Part shown: positions 1-7,600 of the stretch, one piece after another
How positions within the stretch are numbered: position 1 is the first letter of the stretch
Layout: every line of letters begins with the position of its first letter
Assembly: GCA_018812485.1 (NCBI GenBank)
Contig: JAHJDO010000103.1
Coordinates: forward strand, 3,929-67,928
Direction of reading: 5' to 3'
Length of the DNA: 64,000 bases
From: a bacterium
Lineage (GTDB): Bacteria > JAHJDO01
Notes under the pieces: generated by a model
Told to the model about the DNA's origin: nothing
Seen by the model: the letters and a program-made list of their open reading frames with translations, nothing else
The model's database searches: none
Position numbers and translations under genes: made by a program

Positions 1-552
1 GATTTAGTGGTGCCCTCTCTTGATGGAGCAACACAAGATGTATTTGAGAAAGTAAATAGACCCTGTGCATCTTTAAAAATAGAAAACACAATCAGAGGAA
101 TGATTGATTTTAAGAAAATATATAAAGGTAAAATGTGGCTTGAGATAATGCTTGTTAAAGGAATAAACGAAACTGAGGCTGAACTAAATGCCTTAAAGGC
201 AGCAGTAGAGCAAATTAAGCCTGATAAAATCCAGCTAAATACTCCTGTTCGTCCTCCATCTGAAGAATGGGTAAAGGCATTAAGTGCTTCAAGACTTATC
301 AAAATAAAGAATTTTTTTGGAAATAAGTGTGAGATTATCGCCAAGTTTGCGAGAAAGAGACATAAGGCATATCTCAAGGATGTAGAGGATGAAATTCTTA
401 CTCTGATCAATCGTCGTCCTGTAACGTCTAAGGATATATCGTCTTCCTTGGGTTTGCACATTAATGAGGTTATAAAATATGCAGAGGATTTGGAAAAGCA
501 GAAAAAAATAAGCTCAAAAATCTATCAAGGGAAGAGATATTTTCAAAAATGA
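1..552 (+). CDS. Radical SAM / Fe-S oxidoreductase (COG0731-like), C-terminal part; 5' end outside window
   Basis: Frame is open from base 1 (DLVVPSLDG..F..VNRP, WLEIMLVKGIN, IQLNTPVRPPSE), typical of this radical SAM family; C-terminal HTH-like tail. The CxxxCxxC motif would lie upstream of the window. Confidence 0.7.
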   Translation, partial: DLVVPSLDGATQDVFEKVNRPCASLKIENTIRGMIDFKKIYKGKMWLEIMLVKGINETEAELNALKAAVEQIKPDKIQLNTPVRPPSEEWVKALSASRLIKIKNFFGNKCEIIAKFARKRHKAYLKDVEDEILTLINRRPVTSKDISSSLGLHINEVIKYAEDLEKQKKISSKIYQGKRYFQK

Positions 553-1265
553 ATCTGGTAATAAAGGGATTTATTCAAACCTCGCTTCTTGACTGGGATG
601 GGAAAATCGTCTCTACGCTTTACACGCCACACTGCAATTTTCGATGTCCTTACTGTCAAAATGCAGGGCTTATTATCACCCCCCAAAAGTTAGAAACCAT
701 TTCTTTTAGAGTAATTAAGGAGTATTTGCTTAAAAACAATAGATGGATTGATGGAATATGTTTAACAGGCGGCGAGCCATGTATGTATAAAGATTTGCCA
801 AAATTTATTCAAAAAATACGAGAACTTGATGTGATGGTAAAGCTTGACACTAATGGGGGATTCCCCGATATGCTCGCAGAGGTAATTAAGAGGAAATTAG
901 TTAATTACATAGCTATGGATATAAAGGCGGCTCTGGATTTCACGTCATATTCCAAATCTACTGGTATCAAGAATCCCTTGATTTTGGAGAAAGTTAAGGA
1001 TAGTATTAGATTAATAATGGAATCTGATATTGATTATGAGTTCAGGACTACTGTAGTGCCAACTTTACATAAAGAAGGAGATATATTGAGAATAGCTGAA
1101 TTTATTAAAGGTGCAAAAAAATATGCTATGCAGAACTTTTCAGTCCAAGGTGAGATACTAGACCCAAAATTTAAGAAAGTTAAGCCCTATCCAATAGAAA
1201 AACTGAATAAGATCCAGAAACTGGTTTCTCCTTATGTAGAGGAGTGTGTGGTAAGAGGAAGTTAA
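549..1265 (+). CDS. Glycyl-radical activase-type radical SAM protein (anaerobic ribonucleotide reductase activating protein, NrdG2-like)
   Basis: SLLDWDG, CNFRCPYCQN, LTGGEP, KLDTNG, AMDIKA and YEFRTT motifs. Confidence 0.85.
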   Translation: MNLVIKGFIQTSLLDWDGKIVSTLYTPHCNFRCPYCQNAGLIITPQKLETISFRVIKEYLLKNNRWIDGICLTGGEPCMYKDLPKFIQKIRELDVMVKLDTNGGFPDMLAEVIKRKLVNYIAMDIKAALDFTSYSKSTGIKNPLILEKVKDSIRLIMESDIDYEFRTTVVPTLHKEGDILRIAEFIKGAKKYAMQNFSVQGEILDPKFKKVKPYPIEKLNKIQKLVSPYVEECVVRGS

Positions 1266-1269
1266 AATT

Positions 1270-1752
1270 ATGAATAAAATAGCAGTATATCCAGGCACTT
1301 TTGATCCCATAACTCACGGACATATTGACCTTATCAAAAGAGGCATTAAAACATTTGATAAATTAATTGTTGCAGTTGCGCATAATCCTGACAAAAATCC
1401 CCTTTTTACAGTTTCTGAAAGAGTGGACATGTTAAGGGAGATCACAAAAGATATGAAAAATGTGGAAGTTGATGATTTTGGAGGGCTTCTTATTGATTAT
1501 GTGCGCATTAAAGGGGCAAATGTTGTTTTAAGAGGCATTCGTGCCTTTTCTGATTTTGAGTATGAATTTCAAATGGCTTTGATTAATCGAAAACTATCTC
1601 CGGAAACAGAGACAATATTTATGATGCCAAATGAGTCCTTCTCCTATGTTAGTTCCAAGATAATAAAGCAAATTGCATCCATGAACGGAGATATCTCCAA
1701 ATTTGTTCCAGAAGTTGTAAAAGAATATCTGAAGAAGAAATTAAATTTTTAA
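1270..1752 (+). CDS. coaD: Pantetheine-phosphate adenylyltransferase
   Basis: YPGTFDPITHGH, RGIRAFSDFEYE, SSKIIK. Confidence 0.97.
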   Translation: MNKIAVYPGTFDPITHGHIDLIKRGIKTFDKLIVAVAHNPDKNPLFTVSERVDMLREITKDMKNVEVDDFGGLLIDYVRIKGANVVLRGIRAFSDFEYEFQMALINRKLSPETETIFMMPNESFSYVSSKIIKQIASMNGDISKFVPEVVKEYLKKKLNF

Positions 1753-3075
1753 CCCATTGCTGGGCAGGCGTTTTATAATATCTTTCAGGGTTAACTTATC
1801 AAGAATCTCTGTTTCAGCTTTCCTTGCATCAGAAAGAATATCTTTTAGATATTTAGTGATGTTATCCTCTGTAATTTTAGGTATGTTTTCTCCATATTCC
1901 CTAAATACATCCAAAACTTTTCCGGCAGTAATTGCTGCTTCTATAGAGAATGAGGGTTGATATGAAGACTCTTTGCCACTAACCTCGTTAATCAATCCGC
2001 CTTCTGTAAGCTGGAAAAGGATCTGATTTACAAGTCTTATTGATACATCAAACTTTTTAGAGAGTTGAGCAGCTGTTAGTGGTTGTTTCGCTTTATAAAA
2101 ATTACTGGCTATACTTATCATAATTCTTAATCCAAGAAGTTCTTTGCATTTTGGGCTTATAGATAAGGATTTTCCTTCTCTTGTGTATGTTCTCACATTT
2201 TGATGCGCAAAGGATATTTCTGCACCAAATAGGACTATTAGCCAGCTAATGTAAAGCCAGATAAGAAAAACCGGAATAGAAGCAAATGTCCCATAGATTG
2301 CGCTATACCTTGAAACACCTATCTGAAAGTGAATGTGTCCCCATTGAGCAAACTGCCACAAAGTTCCTCCAATAATCCCTGCTGTTAAGGCAGACGAGAA
2401 TTTCACTTTTGTATTAGGCATAAACATGTAGATAAAAGTGAACACAAGCCACATAGATAAATATGGAGTCATTCTTAACAGTTGATGCATGAGAACTCCG
2501 ATGAATTCCATACCAAGTATTTTGTTGACCAGACTACTATTTGATAGAAAGGCATTTACGCCTGTTGTACAAAGCGCGAGAATCGGACAGATTAAAATTA
2601 CGCTCAGATAGTCAGTAAATTTTCTGAATATATTTCTGGATTTTTTAATTCCCCAGATATCGTTAAAGGATCTCTCAATGGTCCCCAACACAATAATTAA
2701 TGTCCATATTAAAAAGACGAGTCCTACTATACCCAGAGTTTTTAGACTAGTTTTACTGGCAAGATCAATAATTTTCGTTACAATCTCTTGTGTTACTGCA
2801 GCCTTCTCAAGCACTATGCTTTTCACTGCATCAAATGCGCCAAAGGCTTTTGATATAGAAAAGATGAAGGCTAAAAAAGGGATTATAGCCAGAAGCGTTA
2901 CATAAGTTAGTCCAAAAGCCCTGAGCTGACATTTATCTGTAATAAATCCTCTTGCAACCATATATCCCATTTTTAGAATATTATATGCCCATTTTTTAAG
3001 ATAGGACAGGCCTGAGAGCTCCCTCTCCCACAGATCCTTTAAAATAAAGTTTGTTATTCTTTTTATTATGCTCAT
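1741..3075 (-). CDS. YihY/BrkB-family membrane protein with C-terminal Rrf2-like winged-helix domain
   Basis: LTYVTLLAIIP, ERSFNDIWG, IYGTFASIPVFLIWLYISWLIVLFGAE; about 6 TM helices followed by a soluble HTH-like region (AAQLSKKFDVSIRLVNQILFQL..GGLI). Confidence 0.85.
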   Translation of the reverse strand: MSIIKRITNFILKDLWERELSGLSYLKKWAYNILKMGYMVARGFITDKCQLRAFGLTYVTLLAIIPFLAFIFSISKAFGAFDAVKSIVLEKAAVTQEIVTKIIDLASKTSLKTLGIVGLVFLIWTLIIVLGTIERSFNDIWGIKKSRNIFRKFTDYLSVILICPILALCTTGVNAFLSNSSLVNKILGMEFIGVLMHQLLRMTPYLSMWLVFTFIYMFMPNTKVKFSSALTAGIIGGTLWQFAQWGHIHFQIGVSRYSAIYGTFASIPVFLIWLYISWLIVLFGAEISFAHQNVRTYTREGKSLSISPKCKELLGLRIMISIASNFYKAKQPLTAAQLSKKFDVSIRLVNQILFQLTEGGLINEVSGKESSYQPSFSIEAAITAGKVLDVFREYGENIPKITEDNITKYLKDILSDARKAETEILDKLTLKDIIKRLPSNGLKI

Positions 3076-3104
3076 AGCTCTACCATCTACTTATTAATAT
3101 ATGT

Positions 3105-3139
3105 TATTATAACAAGTTATGCAATAATTTGTTATAATA
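3105..3139. promoter_or_regulatory. Inverted repeat containing back-to-back extended -10 elements (divergent promoter/operator)
   Basis: TATTATAACAAGTTAT-gca-ATAATTTGTTATAATA, 15/16 arm match; TGTTATAAT reads outward on both strands, between divergent genes. Confidence 0.6.
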
Positions 3140-3160
3140 TAGTGGCTTTTTTAAAATTGA

Positions 3161-3841
3161 ATGGGAGAAGCAAAGATGAATCCTCTTTATCCTATGAAGA
3201 AGGAAAAGGAATTAGTCGCCAGGATTAAACTTGGTGATAGCACTGGAGCAAAAACCATTCTTAATAAACTAGTTGGAGAGATACTTTTTGCAAATGCAGA
3301 AAAAGGAGATGTGCGTAAAGCACGAATTCTGGAGCTTATTGTTGTAATTTCAAGAGCCGCAGTTGAAGCTGGAGCTAATATGGAGAAGTTATTGGGGCTT
3401 AATTATACGTATATAGGTGAATTATCTGAAATAAATGAAGAAGAAGCATTGTATAAATGGATGATAAAAGTGTTCTCTTCTTTTATGGAGGAAGTGTCCA
3501 GATCAAGCAATAAAAAGAATATGGCGATTGTAGAACGCGCAATGAAATGCATGAGAACTAATTATAACAAGAGTCTAACATTAAGTAAGATAGCGAAGGC
3601 TGCATATGTCAATACCTATTATCTGAGCCATCTTTTTAAGAAAGAGCTAGGCATGACTGTTGTTGACTATCTTACTAAGGTTAGGATTGAAGAGGCAAAG
3701 AGACTTTTGCAGAATGATAAAATGAGTATTATTGAAATTGCATTAGAAGTTGGATATGAAGACCAGAGTTATTTTAGTAAGGTATTCAAGAGGAATGAGC
3801 ATACAACTCCAATGGTCTATCGCAAAAGAAATCTGATATAA
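3161..3841 (+). CDS. AraC-family transcriptional regulator (PocR-regulator-like central region)
   Basis: C-terminal AraC double HTH (YLSHLFKKELG..RIEEAKRLL..IALEVGYEDQSYFSKVFKR). Confidence 0.9.
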   Translation: MGEAKMNPLYPMKKEKELVARIKLGDSTGAKTILNKLVGEILFANAEKGDVRKARILELIVVISRAAVEAGANMEKLLGLNYTYIGELSEINEEEALYKWMIKVFSSFMEEVSRSSNKKNMAIVERAMKCMRTNYNKSLTLSKIAKAAYVNTYYLSHLFKKELGMTVVDYLTKVRIEEAKRLLQNDKMSIIEIALEVGYEDQSYFSKVFKRNEHTTPMVYRKRNLI

Positions 3842-3904
3842 AAAACAATATATTCCCAAAAAAGGCAATATATGTCGAGACTTAATCAGTATTATATGTA
3901 TAAT
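3842..3904 (+). promoter_or_regulatory. Putative AraC operator and promoter of corrinoid gene
   Basis: CAATATAT at 3846 and 3866 (20 bp spacing); TATAAT at 3899-3904 with poor -35 (CGAGAC); SD AAGGAG at 3931. Confidence 0.55.
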
Positions 3905-3944
3905 CTCTAAAATACAATAAAAACTTTTGAAAGGAGAACTGGTT

Positions 3945-4577
3945 ATGGCGGATTTACAGGCAATAGCAGACAGCTTAATTAAAGGACAGGCGCAAGCGGT
4001 TTCAGATTTGGTTAAGAAGGCTGTGGATGAAGGTGTTGGTCCTGAAGAAATTCTAACTAAAGGACTCATTGCAGGTATGAATATAATAGGAGCAAGATTT
4101 AAGAAGAACGAGGTCTATGTTCCTGAGGTTCTTATAGCCGCAAGAGCAATGCATGCAGGAATGAAGATTTTGGAACCATTGCTTGCTGAGGCTGGAGTAA
4201 AGCCCCTTGGTAAGATAGCAGTAGGAACTGTTAAAGGCGACCTTCACGATATTGGCAAGAATCTGGTAGTTATGATGCTTAAAGGAGCAGGGTTCAATGT
4301 GGAAGACCTTGGTGTTGATTGCGATGCTCAGAAATTTATTGATTCTGCAAAGGGTGGAGCACAGATAATAGCTATGTCAGCACTACTAACAACAACAATG
4401 CCTTCAATGAAGACTGTGATAGATACTCTGAAATCCGCAGGAGTTAATGTTAAAACAATGATTGGGGGAGCACCTATTACACAGGGATATGCTGATGAGA
4501 TTAAGGCAGACGGCTACGCTCCGGATGCTGCCTCAGCAGTTGATACGGCAAAGGAGCTTATAGCAGCGATTAGCTAG
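3945..4577 (+). CDS. Corrinoid (cobalamin-binding) protein, MtbC/MttC/MetH-cap type
   Basis: N-terminal cap domain (EVYVPEVLIAARAM) plus GDLHDIGKN DxHxxG, SALLTTT and IGGAP; start moved to ATG 3945 behind AAGGAG. Confidence 0.93.
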   Translation: MADLQAIADSLIKGQAQAVSDLVKKAVDEGVGPEEILTKGLIAGMNIIGARFKKNEVYVPEVLIAARAMHAGMKILEPLLAEAGVKPLGKIAVGTVKGDLHDIGKNLVVMMLKGAGFNVEDLGVDCDAQKFIDSAKGGAQIIAMSALLTTTMPSMKTVIDTLKSAGVNVKTMIGGAPITQGYADEIKADGYAPDAASAVDTAKELIAAIS

Positions 4578-4794
4578 AAAGTATTTCAACAGCCTTTTCT
4601 CTTGATTTTGCACCTTTGATTATTCTGATGTGGTTTTTCTTTATTTTAAAATGTTCCGCTAGCACTTTAATCAGAGCTTTATTTGCCTTGCCGTCTATGG
4701 CCGGAGCGCTTATGTGCACCTTAAGCTTTCCCTGATCTTCAGAAACATTATTTTTTTTAGCATTTGGAATTACTCTTATATTTATCAGTTTCAT
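4570..4794 (-). CDS. DUF167/UPF0235 (YggU-like) protein
   Basis: IRVIPNAKK, APAIDGKANKALI, IIKGAKSREK. Confidence 0.9.
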   Translation of the reverse strand: MKLINIRVIPNAKKNNVSEDQGKLKVHISAPAIDGKANKALIKVLAEHFKIKKNHIRIIKGAKSREKAVEILSS

Positions 4795-4832
4795 TTTGTC
4801 TCCAACTCATCCCCTAGTTAATTTAATAAAAA

Positions 4833-4883
4833 CTACTTGCAGTATAGCAAAATTGCGTTATCATGCAACAAATGAAAAATAAA
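4833..4883 (+). repeat. Degenerate direct repeat, copy 1 (promoter plus first 4 codons), paired with 7550-7600
   Basis: Ungapped 40/51 identity by hand alignment; contains TTGCAG-16-TATCAT-7-ATG. Confidence 0.75.
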
Positions 4884-6707
4884 ATGGAAATTCGAAATAT
4901 TGCTATTATCGCCCATGTTGATCATGGAAAAACAACTTTAGTAGATTTTTTACTGAAGGCAGGAGGCGCGTTTAACGCTCATGAAACGGTTGATGAGCGC
5001 GTGATGGACAGTAATGATCAGGAAAAGGAGCGTGGAATTACGATTTATGCCAAAAATGCAGCAATTCATTATAAAGGGACGAAGATTAACATTGTGGACA
5101 CACCAGGTCATGCTGATTTTGGTTCAGAGGTAGAACGTGTTTTGCGGACAGTGGATGCGACCGTTCTTTTGGTGGATGCCTGTGAGGGACCTATGCCACA
5201 GACTAAGTTTGTTCTTTCTAAGTCATTAGGTCTTGGTTTACCTGTTCTTGTTGTGATAAATAAAATCGATAGGCCCGCTGCAAGGCCGGACAAGGTGGTT
5301 GATTTAACCTTTGATTTATTTGGCAGACTTGGGGCGTCTGATGAACAAATGGATTTTCCTTATATGTATACAATTGCCCGTAAGGGAATTGCTATTCGAA
5401 ATTTAAAGGACGAACATAAAGATATTACTCCTCTTCTGGATTTTATTCTGGAGAATGTTCCGGCTGCGAAGGCAGATACCGAAAAAGATTTTAGAATGCA
5501 GCCAGCCACCTTGGCTTACGATAACTTTTTAGGCAGAATAGCGGTTGGCCGTGTTTATGAGGGTAAGGTTACCTCAGGTCAAATGGTGACTGTACTGAAT
5601 TCTGATGGCGAAAGTCGTTCAGCACGATTAACTAAGCTTTTTACATTTCAGGGGCTGAAGAAAGTTGAGGTTTCAGAGGTAGAAGCGGGGGACATTGTTG
5701 CCATTGCAGGTATTTCAGATATTTATGTAGGGGAAACTATTACAAATAACCCTGATGTTGAGCCGCTTCCTGCTATTCGGGTTGATCCACCTGCGCTTGC
5801 AATGGATTTCATGGTTAATACTTCTCCTTTTGCAGGGCGAGAGGGGAAGATATTAACAAGCCGCAATATTCGGGAACGTCTTTTAAAAGAGCTGGAGACC
5901 AATGTTGGATTGTCTGTTGAAATGACTAATAATACAGATACGTTCAAGGTTTATGGTCGTGGAGAAATGCACCTTTCGGTTTTAATTGAAAGTATGCGTC
6001 GGGAAGGTTTTGAGCTTCAGGTTTCTCAACCACAGGTGGTTTTACAGGAAATTGATGGCGTTTCTTCCGAGCCGATTGAGTCGGTAGTAGTGAATGTACC
6101 AAAAAATATGGCTGGAAAAATCATTGAGATATTATCCTCTCGAAAAGGGATGATGAAAAATATGTCGAATGAAACTGGTAATACGATCATGGAATTTGAA
6201 ATTCCGACACGAGGACTGCTCGGCTTCCGTTCAACCTTTGTTACTTTAACCAGAGGAGAGGGGACTTTATATCACTCTTTTAGTCATTTTGCTCCTCATT
6301 GCGGGAAGATTGAAAAGCGTAAAGTTGGATCAATGGTTTCGGGAGCGACCGGGACAGCAACTGCTTATGCATTATGGAACCTTCAGGAGCGCGGACCTAT
6401 CTTTATTCATCCGGTAACGGAGGTGTACGAAGGTATGATTATTGGAGAGCATAATCAGGGGACTGATTTAGCGGTCAATCCTGTTAAGGGTAAAAGCCTT
6501 ACGAATGTCCGTGCTTCTGGTGCTGATGATGCAATTAACCTGACTCCACCGGTGGAGGTTGAGCTTGAAAAGGCGCTTGAATACATTCAGGATGATGAAT
6601 ATGTGGAGGTGACTCCTAAGAACATTCGCTTGCGTAAGAAGTATTTAACAGAGAACGACAGAAGACGTCACAGAAGAGCATCCGCATCTCGAAAGAAAAT
6701 TAAGTAA
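4872..6707 (+). CDS. typA: Translational GTPase TypA/BipA
   Basis: IRNIAIIAHVDHGKTT, ERGITI, DTPGHADF, GRGEMHL, EVTPKNIRLRK; start at 4872 or 4884. Confidence 0.97.
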   Translation: MKNKMEIRNIAIIAHVDHGKTTLVDFLLKAGGAFNAHETVDERVMDSNDQEKERGITIYAKNAAIHYKGTKINIVDTPGHADFGSEVERVLRTVDATVLLVDACEGPMPQTKFVLSKSLGLGLPVLVVINKIDRPAARPDKVVDLTFDLFGRLGASDEQMDFPYMYTIARKGIAIRNLKDEHKDITPLLDFILENVPAAKADTEKDFRMQPATLAYDNFLGRIAVGRVYEGKVTSGQMVTVLNSDGESRSARLTKLFTFQGLKKVEVSEVEAGDIVAIAGISDIYVGETITNNPDVEPLPAIRVDPPALAMDFMVNTSPFAGREGKILTSRNIRERLLKELETNVGLSVEMTNNTDTFKVYGRGEMHLSVLIESMRREGFELQVSQPQVVLQEIDGVSSEPIESVVVNVPKNMAGKIIEILSSRKGMMKNMSNETGNTIMEFEIPTRGLLGFRSTFVTLTRGEGTLYHSFSHFAPHCGKIEKRKVGSMVSGATGTATAYALWNLQERGPIFIHPVTEVYEGMIIGEHNQGTDLAVNPVKGKSLTNVRASGADDAINLTPPVEVELEKALEYIQDDEYVEVTPKNIRLRKKYLTENDRRRHRRASASRKKIK

Positions 6708-6715
6708 TCTATTAA

Positions 6716-7453
6716 TTAGTTCTTGTTTCTCCGTTGAAAACCCATCATTTCTTGTTTGAGTTTATCGTTTTGTTTTTTCAACGATTTCAGTCGGGGGATA
6801 AAATCATCAATAAATTTGATGACATCACGCTCTTTGTTAACGTTGTAAAATAAATCCATCAGATCCATTACAACATTTCCAATCATCCATAAGTCAGTTT
6901 TGACATGATAATCGTCTTCTATATCAAAAAAAGGTGTTTCGAATTTTCTAGACTGGACATCAATTTTGAATGTTTTTTGTGCATCCACAATATTTGAGTG
7001 AGCCCTTTTATTGATCGAACTCTTCATGTTTTTAATGGCATCTGACCCGGTTTTGTAATTTTTCTCAAGCCACTTATACCTTTTTTTGGTTAGCGCGTCT
7101 GATGGATTTATTATTCCCTGATTGTCAAAGTTGGCAAAATCTTTAAGGTCTGGATTTGCTATGGCATAAGCAGCACACGCCCCAGCTTCTAAGACTTGTC
7201 TCATATCCATCATTGCTTGTGTGCGGTGAAGGCGCACTGCAGAAAAAAGAGCGAGCATGTGATGCTTTCTGATTTGAGATAGAAAAGCTGCAAAAATGGA
7301 GCGATCAGGGGCGATTGTTTTGAGAAATTCATTTAAAAGATGGTTGAAATCGGAGGCGTTAACAAAATATTCTTCGTAGCGTTTAGCTCCTTCGAGAACC
7401 ATTTCTCTTTCACTGTCCAGAATTTCTCCGATTGTAGATTGTTTAAAGTCCAT
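6716..7453 (-). CDS. Hypothetical protein (helical; weak resemblance to DUF5677/HEPN-like proteins)
   Basis: 245-aa ORF filling the gap between typA and priA; RQVLE and KRAHSN segments; family assignment is speculative. Confidence 0.65.
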   Translation of the reverse strand: MDFKQSTIGEILDSEREMVLEGAKRYEEYFVNASDFNHLLNEFLKTIAPDRSIFAAFLSQIRKHHMLALFSAVRLHRTQAMMDMRQVLEAGACAAYAIANPDLKDFANFDNQGIINPSDALTKKRYKWLEKNYKTGSDAIKNMKSSINKRAHSNIVDAQKTFKIDVQSRKFETPFFDIEDDYHVKTDLWMIGNVVMDLMDLFYNVNKERDVIKFIDDFIPRLKSLKKQNDKLKQEMMGFQRRNKN

Positions 7454-7549
7454 AGTTTAAACAAACGGCGGCATTTCACCTAACCCGTTTCCATCCACAT
7501 TGTTTTCACTAACATGTTCTTTCCTGCATATCACAAAAACACATATAAG

Positions 7550-7600
7550 CTATTTATAGTGTAGCAAAATTAGGTTATTATACAATAAATGAATAAGAAA
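7550..7600 (+). repeat. Degenerate direct repeat, copy 2 (priA promoter plus first 4 codons)
   Basis: See 4833-4883; TATTAT-7-ATG. Confidence 0.75.
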
